Shown here: positions 55,739 through 64,000 of the stretch, piece by piece | Position numbering within the stretch: position 1 is the first letter of the stretch | Layout of the letters: each line of letters starts with the position of its first letter | From: Candidatus Dormiibacterota bacterium | GTDB lineage: Bacteria > Chloroflexota > Dormibacteria > Aeolococcales > Aeolococcaceae | Length of the DNA: 64,000 nt | Direction: 5' to 3' | Assembly: GCA_963718525.1 (NCBI GenBank) | Contig: OY970355.1 | Coordinates: forward strand, 1,440,001 to 1,504,000 | Notes under the pieces: model-generated | What the model was told of the DNA's origin: nothing | Databases searched by the model: none | The model's input: only the letters and a program-made list of their open reading frames with translations | Translations under genes and position numbers: made by a program

Positions 55739-58552
55739 TCAGCGCCCCGCCGTGGTTGCGGCGACCGCATCGGTGAGGCTGGCGAGCCCCGCATCGAGGT
55801 CGCCGGCGATGTGGACGCGGACGACACGCCGGCCGTGGGAGCGCAGGGATTGGAGGTCACCGGCGGCCTGCGCTCGCTTGAGTATCGAGAACGTGAACGG
55901 TTGTCCTGGAATGGGGACGTCGGTGCCGTCGTCGGCGGTGATCTGGATGTAGACGCCCGTGTTCGGGCCGCCCTTATGGAGCTGCCCGGTGCTGTGAAGG
56001 AAGCGCGGGCCGAAGCCGAGTGTGGTCGCGAGCCGGCGTGTGTCGCGTATGGCGACACGCAGATGCTGCAGCGCAGCCGCATTCGAATCGTCAGGCGTGA
56101 CGTATGCCATCAGCGCCACGTAATCGCCTTGACGGGCGGTGTCGAGATGGGCAGCGAGCGCGCTCGCTGCGCTGGAACCGGAGACGTCGCCGTACACCCG
56201 CAGTGCTCCATCGGTCACCGCTGCCGGCTCGTCCGGGAGCGACCCGGTCTGCTGATATTGCTGCAGCACCGCTTTGGTGTTGTCCTTCGACTCCTGCACG
56301 TTCGGTTCGTCAAATGGATCGATGCCGAGGTGCGCGCCCGCGACAGCAGTCGCGAACTCCCAGCGGAAGAATTCGGCGCCGAGGTCGTACTCGTCGGCGA
56401 GGTCGAAGACGATGACCGGATGTCCTGCCTCTCGCAGCGCATCGATGGAGTGATCGAATCCAGCGTTATCACCGAGCCGAAGTGCGACAAAGAGCCGGTC
56501 GCCGGCGTAGACCGCCGGGCTCCCGATGGGCTCGTCGCCGATCGGGATGACGCCCTTGCCCTCCTTGCCGGTGCTCTCGGCGATGAGCTGCTCTGCCCAG
56601 AGCGAGAAGGCCTCGATCTCCTTTGGCGCCAGGATGGTCACCTTGTCGCGGCCCTCGTCGTGGAGCACGCCCATCACGGTTCCGAGGCTGAGCCCGCAAT
56701 TGAGGTCGCCGGGGACGCCGGCCGTGCAATTCCGCCGCATCTGCGCGGCACGCTCGAGCAGCAGGTCGCAATCGATGCCGATGATCGCGGCGGGCACGAG
56801 ACCGAACATGCTCAACGCGGAATAACGGCCGCCGATGTCGGGGGGATTCTTGAACAGGTGCAGGAATCCCCGGTCGCGCGCGATGGTCGCGAGCGGCGTG
56901 CCCGGGTCGGTGACCGCGATGAAGTGTGCGCCGGGATTGTCGCTGACGCCGGACGTCAGCTCCCAGAAGTGCGCCAGGTGTGAAAGCGTCTCCAGCGTCG
57001 TACCCGATTTGCTGGACACGATGTACCCCGTTGCCCTGGGATCGATGGCGCCGGTGAGCCGGGCGATTGCGAGTGGATCGGTCGTGTCCAGCACGTGGAG
57101 CACCGGTTGTCCCTCCGCACTGCCGAACGAGGTGCCCAGCACCTCCGGACAGAGGCTGGAACCGCCCATCCCGAGCAGGACGCAGTCGCGCCATCCCGCT
57201 TCGCGCACCTCGGCGGCGAGCGACCGCAGTGCGGGCAACCGCTCCTGCATCGCGCCGATCACATCGAGCCAGCCCAGCCGGTTGTTGATCACCGCCGCAT
57301 GGGCGGCGTCTCCCGGCTTCCAGAGATTTGGGTCGCGGCGCCAGATGCGGGTGGCGATCTCGCTGGCCTGGGGCGTGTTGAGCGGAATGTCGGTCGCGCC
57401 GGTATCGATGCGTTGGCGACGTGCGTACCCCGAGCCCATGGCGTCGATCTTCTCCGCGATGCCGCGGATCAGCTCGCTGTAGGAGTCGGCGAATTGCTTG
57501 ACACCGTCATCGAGCAGCTGCTGCGTCACCGCGTCCATGTCGATGCCGACCTCGGCAAGCTGTTCCATCACCCGGTGAGCGCCCGCAAGGTCGGACTTCA
57601 CGGTGTCGCCGGCCACGACGCCGTGATCGAGGAACGCCTCGATGGTCGCGGGCGGCATCGTATCCACGGTGTCCGGACCGATCAGCGTCTCGGCGTAGAC
57701 AACGTCGCGGTAGTTGGGGTTCTTGGCACTGGTGCTCGCCCACAACGGGCGCTGCACATGCGCACCCGCGGCACGCAGCCGCTGAAAGCGCTCCTCACCG
57801 AAGCGCTTCTCGAAAAGCTCGTACGCGAGCCGCGCGTTGGCGATCGCCGCCTTGCCGAGCAACCCCTCGATGAGCGCATTGCCGGGATCCGCGGCGAGCT
57901 TTTCCTGGAGCAGCCTGTCCACCAGCGTGTCGACGCGGCTCACGAAGAACGACGCCACCGAATGAACGTCGAGCGACTGACCTGCGCTGTGGCGTGCCTC
58001 GAGCGCAGCGATGTACTGCTCGATCACGCGGTCATGCATGGCGATCGCGAAGATGAGCGTGACGTTGACGTTGCGCCCATCGGCGATGGTGCGATTGATC
58101 GCCGGCATTCCCTCGAGCGTGGCAGGGATCTTGATCATCAGGTTGGGGCGGTCAACCCGCTCCCAGAGGGTCCGTGCCGTTGCGATGGTTGCGTCGGTGT
58201 CGTGCGCAAGGCTCGGGGGCACCTCCAGGCTGACGAATCCGTCCGCGCCTGACGTGCGTTCGTGGACCGGTCGGAGCGTGTCCGCGGCGTGCTGGATGTC
58301 GGCGATCGCGAGCTCGGTGAACACGTCCTGGGGGTCGTCGATCCCGGACGAGATCAACTCGCGGATCTGATCGTCATAGAGCGACCCTTCCGCGATCGCC
58401 TTCTGGAAGATGGTGGGATTGCTGGTCAGCCCGGTAACGTTCTCTTCGGCGATGCGGTGCTCCAGCTGACCGGTGGTGACCAGCTCGCGGCTGATGAAGT
58501 CGAGCCAGACCGACTGGCCGCGTTCGGCGAGCTGCTGGAGTGGGTTCGTCAT
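55739..58552 (-). CDS. Bifunctional transaldolase / glucose-6-phosphate isomerase
   Basis: GQSVWLD, TSNPTIF, IKIPAT, RPLWASTS (Tal); LGMGGSSL, SKSGTTLE, GGRYS, EQLIAESTGK, FDEPNV (Pgi). Confidence 0.95.
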   Translation of the reverse strand: MTNPLQQLAERGQSVWLDFISRELVTTGQLEHRIAEENVTGLTSNPTIFQKAIAEGSLYDDQIRELISSGIDDPQDVFTELAIADIQHAADTLRPVHERTSGADGFVSLEVPPSLAHDTDATIATARTLWERVDRPNLMIKIPATLEGMPAINRTIADGRNVNVTLIFAIAMHDRVIEQYIAALEARHSAGQSLDVHSVASFFVSRVDTLVDRLLQEKLAADPGNALIEGLLGKAAIANARLAYELFEKRFGEERFQRLRAAGAHVQRPLWASTSAKNPNYRDVVYAETLIGPDTVDTMPPATIEAFLDHGVVAGDTVKSDLAGAHRVMEQLAEVGIDMDAVTQQLLDDGVKQFADSYSELIRGIAEKIDAMGSGYARRQRIDTGATDIPLNTPQASEIATRIWRRDPNLWKPGDAAHAAVINNRLGWLDVIGAMQERLPALRSLAAEVREAGWRDCVLLGMGGSSLCPEVLGTSFGSAEGQPVLHVLDTTDPLAIARLTGAIDPRATGYIVSSKSGTTLETLSHLAHFWELTSGVSDNPGAHFIAVTDPGTPLATIARDRGFLHLFKNPPDIGGRYSALSMFGLVPAAIIGIDCDLLLERAAQMRRNCTAGVPGDLNCGLSLGTVMGVLHDEGRDKVTILAPKEIEAFSLWAEQLIAESTGKEGKGVIPIGDEPIGSPAVYAGDRLFVALRLGDNAGFDHSIDALREAGHPVIVFDLADEYDLGAEFFRWEFATAVAGAHLGIDPFDEPNVQESKDNTKAVLQQYQQTGSLPDEPAAVTDGALRVYGDVSGSSAASALAAHLDTARQGDYVALMAYVTPDDSNAAALQHLRVAIRDTRRLATTLGFGPRFLHSTGQLHKGGPNTGVYIQITADDGTDVPIPGQPFTFSILKRAQAAGDLQSLRSHGRRVVRVHIAGDLDAGLASLTDAVAATTAGR

Positions 58553-60454
58553 TCAGCCGGCCTCCGTGGGAGCACCGACGAGCGCGTTCACCGCCGCGAC
58601 GATCGCGTCGGCATCGATCCCTGCGGCGGCCATCAGTTCGTTGGGGCTGGCGGAGCCGGGAAGGCTGCGTACCGCCAGATGGGTGATGCGGGGCGGGGAC
58701 TCCTCAAGCGCGAGCGCCTCCATCACCGCCGCACCGAGCCCCCCTTGCGGGTAGTGGTCCTCGACCACGACCAGGCGCCCGCCGGTCGCGTCGCTGGCCT
58801 GTCGCAACGTCGCGGTGTCGATCGGCTTCACCGAGTACAGGTCGATGACGCGGCAGTGGGTGCCGGTGCTGGCCAGGCGGTCGGCTGCCGCGAGGCATGC
58901 GTGCAGCGTCACGCCGCCACCGACGAGCGTCACCACGTCGTCGCCAGACTGGCGGAGGACCTTGGCGCCGCCGATCGGAAATTCCTCATCGTTGTCGTAG
59001 ATCACCGGGTATGCCCCACGCGTCGTGCGGAGGTAGCTGATGCCGTGGAGATCGGCCATTTGAGCGACGAGCTTTGCCGTCGACACGGCGTCGCTGGGAT
59101 AGAGGACTGTCGAGGTGTGCACCGCACGCAGCGACGCGATGTCCTCGAGCGCCATCTGCGATGGACCATCGGCGCCGATCTCGCAGCCGGCGTGCGAGCC
59201 GGAGAGACGGATGCTCACCTCCGAAACGCCTGCCATGCGTATGAAGTCGTACGCGCGCGAGAGGAACGCTGCGAAGGTGGATGCGAACGGAACGTACCCG
59301 CGCACCGAAAGACCCACCGCGCTCGCGACCATCTGCTGCTCGGCGATGTACATCTCGAAGAAGCGGTCCGGATACGCGTCCCGGAACTCCTCGGAATGCG
59401 TCGAGTTGCTCACCTCGCCGTCGAGAGCCACGATGTCGTGGCGGGCACCGAGCGCGCGCAGGGTGTCGCCATACGCCTTGCGGGTTGCGACCTTGTCGCC
59501 CAGCTCGTACGTTGGCAGCAGCACGGGCCTGTCGACAGCAGTCGACGACGCGGACTCGAGTGGCTCCGGTGGCTGGACGTCGATGAGCAGATTTCGCTCG
59601 CCGCCCAGTTCGGCGATCGCCCGCTCGGCCAGATCGGGGGGCAGCGCCTTGCCGTGCCAGCCGTCCTTGTTCTCGATTTCCTTGAAGCCCTTGCCCTTGA
59701 TCGTCCGGGCGATCACCACAGTCGGGCGGTCCCCGCCCGAGCGCGCGGATGCCAGGGCTTCATCGATTTCCGCGAGGTCATGGCCGTCGATCACGATGGG
59801 TCGGCAACCGAACGCTTCAGCGCGACGGCGGTAGACGTCGAGGTTCCACTCGTACTCGGTCGGTCCGCGCTGGCCGAGCCGGTTCACGTCGAAGATCGCC
59901 GTGAGGTTGGAGAGGCCGTAGTAGGCGGCTTTGTCGAGCGCCTCCCAGATGGATCCTTCAGCGAGCTCGCTGTCGCCGCAGAGCACCCACACATGGAAGG
60001 GAAGGCGGTCGAGATACTTGCCGGCGAGGGCAACCCCGACGGCCACCGCCAGTCCCTGGCCGAGCGAGCCCGTGGCAACGTCCACCCAGGGGATGATCGG
60101 CGTCGGGTGGCCCTGGAGCCTCGAGCCGAAGGTCCGGTAGGTGAGCAGCTCCTCGTCGGTGATGGCGCCCACCGCCTTGTACATGCCGTAGAGGAGGGGA
60201 GAGGCGTGGCCCTTGGAGAAGATGAGGTGGTCGTTGTTGGCCAGTTCCGGGCGCGCAAAGTCGTAGCGGAGATGGCGAGCGGCGAGCACGGCGATGATGT
60301 CGGCGGCCGACATGCTCGACGTCGGATGTCCCGATCCCGCCTTGGTGCTCGCCCGGATCCCGTCGACGCGGATCTGCTGCGCGACCTCGCCCACGAAATC
60401 CAGCGCCGGACGCGCTCCTGTCTCGGCGTTCTCGATCACTGCCATTGGATCCAC
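58553..60454 (-). CDS. tkt: Transketolase
   Basis: GSGHPTSSMS, SKGHA, LQGHP, TGSLGQG, GDSELAEGSIWE, IAEQQM, DGPSQM. Confidence 0.95.
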   Translation of the reverse strand: MDPMAVIENAETGARPALDFVGEVAQQIRVDGIRASTKAGSGHPTSSMSAADIIAVLAARHLRYDFARPELANNDHLIFSKGHASPLLYGMYKAVGAITDEELLTYRTFGSRLQGHPTPIIPWVDVATGSLGQGLAVAVGVALAGKYLDRLPFHVWVLCGDSELAEGSIWEALDKAAYYGLSNLTAIFDVNRLGQRGPTEYEWNLDVYRRRAEAFGCRPIVIDGHDLAEIDEALASARSGGDRPTVVIARTIKGKGFKEIENKDGWHGKALPPDLAERAIAELGGERNLLIDVQPPEPLESASSTAVDRPVLLPTYELGDKVATRKAYGDTLRALGARHDIVALDGEVSNSTHSEEFRDAYPDRFFEMYIAEQQMVASAVGLSVRGYVPFASTFAAFLSRAYDFIRMAGVSEVSIRLSGSHAGCEIGADGPSQMALEDIASLRAVHTSTVLYPSDAVSTAKLVAQMADLHGISYLRTTRGAYPVIYDNDEEFPIGGAKVLRQSGDDVVTLVGGGVTLHACLAAADRLASTGTHCRVIDLYSVKPIDTATLRQASDATGGRLVVVEDHYPQGGLGAAVMEALALEESPPRITHLAVRSLPGSASPNELMAAAGIDADAIVAAVNALVGAPTEAG

Positions 60455-60554
60455 CTCCGATGAGCCTCTGAGCTTGAATCATGCCGCGACTGCCCCAAGC
60501 CGCGCGGCGCGGTATTGGTTAAGGTCGCATGGGGTACAGTCACGGCTCTGGCGC

Positions 60555-60632
<78 letters not shown>

Positions 60633-60683
60633 GCCCTCCTCCCGCCAGATCGGGAGCACCGTATAACCCTTCTTGAAGGGCAC

Positions 60684-60712
60684 TTGCAAAATGGTTTAGG
60701 GTGCGTTAAACT
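60684..60712 (+). promoter_or_regulatory. Sigma70-type promoter of the integrase operon
   Basis: TTGCAA (60684-60689) -N17- TAAACT (60707-60712). Confidence 0.65.
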
Positions 60713-60787
60713 TGCAGGGGTTAACCGGTAGATAACACCGACATCCGTCGGAAAGCCGGTGCAAGCCTATAAAAGGGTCTAACCGCT

Positions 60788-61729
60788 GTGGCTGATCTCA
60801 CCCTCGTCCGGCCGGCGGCATCGGATGCCCTGCACCGCCTGGCCGATGACTTCCTCGCCGACAAGCGCGCCAACGGCAAGGCGGCGAAGACCACCGAGAT
60901 GTACCAGTGGTCGCTGGATCGCATCTTCCTGCCCTGGTGCGCCGAAGCCGGGATCACCGAGCCGTCCCAGCTCACCGATCGCGCCCTGGTCCGGTTCGTG
61001 AGCAGCCTGCGCGAGCACGGTGGTCCGAGCGGAGCACCGCTGAGCGACGCCTCCGTCAACTCCTACTCGCGCTCGGTGCGCGCCTTCCTGCACTGGGCGG
61101 AGAAGGAACTCGGCGAGCGCGTCAAGGTGCCGATGAAGAAGCTGCCCCGGCAACTCCTCGAGGTGCTGTCCACCGAGGAGATCCAGCGCATGGAGGACGT
61201 CGCCCGGTCGGAGCGCGACGAACTCCTGGTCCGCACGTTGGCCGACACCGGCATCCGCCTCGGCGAGCTCCTCGGCCTGCGCGCAAAGGATCTGGTGGAG
61301 ACCGACCGAGGCCGCTATCAGCTCCGGGTCGATGGCAAGACCGGCCAGCGCTTGGTCCCATGCACCCCGGCGCTCGCCCGCCGTCTCCGCCGCCACCTCA
61401 GCCGCAGGCATGCCGAGAAGGGCGACAGGATGTTTGTGGGCACCCGACGCAGCGCGCGTACCGGCGAGTACGAACCGCTCACCGCGAACGGCGCCGAGCA
61501 GGCAATCCGTCATCTTGGCAAGGAGGCCGGCATCGGCCGGCGCGTGTACCCGCATTTGTTCCGGCACTCCTACGCGACTCTGATGCTGCGCCGGGGCATG
61601 TCCACGATCCAGTTGCAGTCGATCCTCGGGCATAGCTCGATCACGATGATCGCCCAGGTCTACAGCCACCTCAACACCGACGACGCGTACGACGCCGCGA
61701 TGAAGGCGCTCCTCGGCGGGGACGAGTAG
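60788..61729 (+). CDS. Tyrosine recombinase/integrase
   Basis: TGIRLGEL (R), DGKTG (K), HLFRH (HxxR), LGHSS, VYSHL (Y); N-terminal SAM-like domain. Confidence 0.95.
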   Translation: MADLTLVRPAASDALHRLADDFLADKRANGKAAKTTEMYQWSLDRIFLPWCAEAGITEPSQLTDRALVRFVSSLREHGGPSGAPLSDASVNSYSRSVRAFLHWAEKELGERVKVPMKKLPRQLLEVLSTEEIQRMEDVARSERDELLVRTLADTGIRLGELLGLRAKDLVETDRGRYQLRVDGKTGQRLVPCTPALARRLRRHLSRRHAEKGDRMFVGTRRSARTGEYEPLTANGAEQAIRHLGKEAGIGRRVYPHLFRHSYATLMLRRGMSTIQLQSILGHSSITMIAQVYSHLNTDDAYDAAMKALLGGDE

Positions 61730-61731
61730 CG

Positions 61732-62109
61732 ATGAGCCGTACGGGCATGGGCCACCTCGCGCACCAGGTGAGGGTTCCGCTCCCGGGTTGGATGGATGCA
61801 CCGGGAGATGTCGGGCTGGATGCCGGCATCGCCGAGTTGATACAGAAGCTGTGGAGCCTCGGCATCGAGACCTCGATGAGCTGCGAAGGCGGTCCGGGTG
61901 CTGACGGCGTCATCAACGACGCGTACATCTGGTTCGCTGAGCCCGACGATGCGTGGGACTTTGCGCGGGCGCTCACCGAGGCGAATGGTGGACAGCCGAC
62001 AAAGCTCACCATCAGCGCAGAGAACGACCAGGCGTGCGTGATGTTTGCTTCGTCGCTTATCCCTGCGATTGTGGGCGCCGACCTCGTCCGGCTCGAGCCA
62101 CCGCAGTGA
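61732..62109 (+). CDS. Hypothetical protein of the element
   Basis: Starts 2 nt after the integrase stop; LDAGIAELIQKLWSLGIETSMSCEG motif. Confidence 0.7.
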   Translation: MSRTGMGHLAHQVRVPLPGWMDAPGDVGLDAGIAELIQKLWSLGIETSMSCEGGPGADGVINDAYIWFAEPDDAWDFARALTEANGGQPTKLTISAENDQACVMFASSLIPAIVGADLVRLEPPQ

Positions 62110-62375
62110 GCCGGACCACCCGCATCACCGGCCCGGATGGCCGGGTGACCACGATCAAACAGACGTCGTCGTGCGGCTGCCTCACCGTTCTGGCCGCCGT
62201 TGTCGTTATCTTTGGTCCGGCGGCATGGTTCGGACCCGTCGGCGCTGTCCTCGCCTACACCTTCCTCGGGCTCCTGGTGGTCGGCGCGCTGGCGTACCAG
62301 ATCAGCCAGGCCCGTCGTCGCCCAGTGGTGTCCGCTCCCACGCCGCCGCCCGCACCGCCCCCGGCAGCGCCATGA
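62106..62375 (+). CDS. Small two-TM membrane protein with Pro-rich tail
   Basis: GTGA overlap with the upstream gene; SSCGCLTVLAAVVVIFG...LGLLVVGALAY. Confidence 0.65.
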   Translation: MSRTTRITGPDGRVTTIKQTSSCGCLTVLAAVVVIFGPAAWFGPVGAVLAYTFLGLLVVGALAYQISQARRRPVVSAPTPPPAPPPAAP

Positions 62376-62797
62376 GTCGCCAACGCCGCCGCCGCCGAAG
62401 CCCGCATCCGCCTCCGCACGTAGTGCAGCTCCTCCAGGATTCGGACCCGTACCCTATGCGATGGCCGGCGGACGAGACGCGGTGGCCGCGTGGCGGGAAG
62501 CCAGCCCTGATCCACGATGACAAGGTCTTCTGCTGCCGCTGCCATAAGCGGTTGGGCATTCTCCGTTGGTCCGGTGGTCCGGTCCCCCAGCGCGTGTGTG
62601 ACCTGATCCCCGGCTATATCGAGAAGAGGATCAGCATGCCCTCCCTGCAGGCCGTCGTCCGCTTCACCGCGAGGTCTCGTCTGCGGCTGCTCCAAGGGCG
62701 GACCATCACCGAGCCAGCGCTAACGGTGGCGTGTCCCTTCACGGCCGAATGCCCATGCGGCCAACCGCTTGACATCAGTCCTGCTAACTCGGGATAA
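62372..62797 (+). CDS. Hypothetical Cys-rich (possible Zn-binding) protein
   Basis: ATGA overlap; CCRCH and CPFTAECPC motifs; Arg-rich N-terminus. Confidence 0.55.
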   Translation: MSRQRRRRRSPHPPPHVVQLLQDSDPYPMRWPADETRWPRGGKPALIHDDKVFCCRCHKRLGILRWSGGPVPQRVCDLIPGYIEKRISMPSLQAVVRFTARSRLRLLQGRTITEPALTVACPFTAECPCGQPLDISPANSG

Positions 62798-62908
62798 TTT
62801 GACGCAAGACCGACGGTAGGGCGCCCCCGCTGACAACGCGGGCTGGTTTCGCCAAACGTCCAACGTCTCACCGACCCCACGGGGCGCTGAGTTGGAGGAC
62901 GCCTGCCC

Positions 62909-63286
62909 GTGAGAGTCACGATCGATCCGGAAAGCTTGCGGCGTGAGTTGGCGCGAAGAGGCAAGAACCAGGCCGCGTTCGCCACCATCGCCGGTCTGAC
63001 CGAGCCGACGGTGTCCCACGCGATGACCGGTAAGACCATCTCCGAGGCGACGCTGTCGAAGATGGCTCGGGGCCTGGCCATCACTCCGGTCATCGCCGGC
63101 GCCGACGATCTGCTGGCCGCCCGGCTTCGACGTCGAGTGCCTCCTTGCGGTCGCCCTCACCGCCCGGATCTGGCGACAGTTCTGGCCAGCGACGACAACA
63201 TCCCCGCACAAGAAAGCGGCGCCGAAGGGGCTCAACCCTCGACGCCGCATCGGGAGGGCAGTACCAGTGCCGCATCCCGAAGCTAA
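62909..63286 (+). CDS. Cro/C1-type helix-turn-helix protein
   Basis: LRRELARRGKNQAAFATIAGLTEPTVSHAMTG...ATLSKMARGL; GGAGG RBS. Confidence 0.8.
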   Translation: MRVTIDPESLRRELARRGKNQAAFATIAGLTEPTVSHAMTGKTISEATLSKMARGLAITPVIAGADDLLAARLRRRVPPCGRPHRPDLATVLASDDNIPAQESGAEGAQPSTPHREGSTSAASRS

Positions 63287-63479
63287 CGATAGCACCGCTT
63301 ACGACCCGTGGGCACCGCCAGACGGTGATGTCGCGTGGTTCGGCGAGTCCGCGAAACGCCAGAATTACATCAGGCTCCTGGAGGCGCACAACGAGTCGCT
63401 GTACCGCGAGGCGGTTGCGTTCGTTCAGACCTTTCGCGCTGAGATTGACCAGGACGCGCGGGCGGGTCGGGCAGCATGA
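63267..63479 (+). CDS. Small hypothetical protein
   Basis: GGGAGG RBS before GTG; ATGA overlap with the next gene. Confidence 0.55.
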   Translation: MPHPEANDSTAYDPWAPPDGDVAWFGESAKRQNYIRLLEAHNESLYREAVAFVQTFRAEIDQDARAGRAA

Positions 63480-64000
63480 GCGCGACCATTTCCAAGGCTA
63501 GCCCTAGAAAGTCGAGAAGGTCAGGGCGACCACGTGACAACGCGATCCGCGAGGCACTGCGGACGATCGTCGAGAGCGTCAAGCCATGCACCCTCCGGCA
63601 GGCGTTCTACCAGGCGACGGTGCGCGGCGTGGTGCCGAAGACGGAGGCCGGATACGACAAGGTGGGTCGCCTGCTGGTCGAGATGCGTCTCGATGGTTCG
63701 CTCCCGTGGGAGTGGATCACCGACAACATGCGGTGGATGCGCAAGCCACGCACCTACGGCAGCCTGGAGGATGCGGCGACGTGGTGGGCGGCCGGGTATC
63801 GGCGTGACCTTGTGCCAGCGCTCGGACGCGTCGAGGTATGGCTGGAGAAGGACGCGCTCGCCGGAGTGATCTACCCAGTCACCGAGGAGTGGGACGTGCC
63901 GCTGATGGTGACCCGTGGCTACTCCAGCCTGTCGTTCCTACACGCCGCCGCGGAGAGTTGGCGGATGGACTGGCGCGACGCGCTCGATCAGCCGGTGACT
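63476..64000 (+). CDS. Spo11/TopoVI-A-like TOPRIM protein (Mini-A type), truncated by the window edge; absent from the ORF track
   Basis: Open frame MSATISK...TLRQAFYQ...WEWITDNMR...VEVWLEKDALAGVI...VPLMVTRGYSSLSFL: WHD R.xFY catalytic Tyr and TOPRIM EK and RGY.S motifs. Confidence 0.8.
   Translation, partial: MSATISKASPRKSRRSGRPRDNAIREALRTIVESVKPCTLRQAFYQATVRGVVPKTEAGYDKVGRLLVEMRLDGSLPWEWITDNMRWMRKPRTYGSLEDAATWWAAGYRRDLVPALGRVEVWLEKDALAGVIYPVTEEWDVPLMVTRGYSSLSFLHAAAESWRMDWRDALDQPVT

Larger units (their letters stand above)
60633..64000 (+). mobile_element. Left end of an integrative element (prophage/satellite/ICE-like) inserted at tRNA-Arg; continues beyond the window
   Basis: Tyrosine integrase about 155 bp after the tRNA 3' end, followed by co-oriented small hypothetical, HTH and TOPRIM genes; attR not in window. 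Confidence 0.8.

Noticed and set aside
55739-58552. Transaldolase-Pgi fusion as a novelty
   Set aside because: Known bifunctional architecture in several bacterial lineages
60750-60768. GGAAAGCCGGTGCAAGCC resembling part of a cobalamin riboswitch
   Set aside because: Lacks the following CCGGC strand and B12-box elements, and the context (integrase) is inconsistent

Overview
High-GC chromosomal window from a probable monoderm bacterium (sortase, PrsA-type lipoprotein, GAAC-N4-GTTC LexA box, many leaderless genes). A Chloroflexota/Ca. Dormibacterota or Actinomycetota-like host is inferred, not shown. From left to right: (1) 0.1-11 kb, a Kdp K+ pump locus (kdpFABC plus a second small membrane peptide). 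Its KdpD sensor is spread over three genes, including a tandem KdpD-Usp-KdpD*-Usp protein, with kdpE and two matching 11-bp-period direct-repeat promoters. (2) 11-44 kb, housekeeping and accessory genes: a LexA-boxed stand-alone (HhH)2 protein, rnhB, HMG-CoA lyase/carboxyltransferase, sortase, metK with a structured leader followed by GDP-mannose genes, nfeD-flotillin-telA, a GGDEF protein, a Liv-type ABC transporter, an aminotransferase/ALDH cluster, a foldase, thpR and aceE. (3) 44-60.5 kb, a DEAD-box helicase, cbs plus a cystathionine gamma-lyase/synthase, a membrane pseudokinase, glgP and a tkt/tal-pgi/gnd/zwf/pgl/rpe pentose-phosphate cluster. (4) 60.55 kb to the end, tRNA-Arg(ACG) followed by the left end of an integrated element: tyrosine integrase, three coupled small genes, an HTH gene and a truncated Spo11/TopoVI-A-like (Mini-A-type) TOPRIM gene. 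All calls come from motif recognition by eye; no database searches or folding programs were run.
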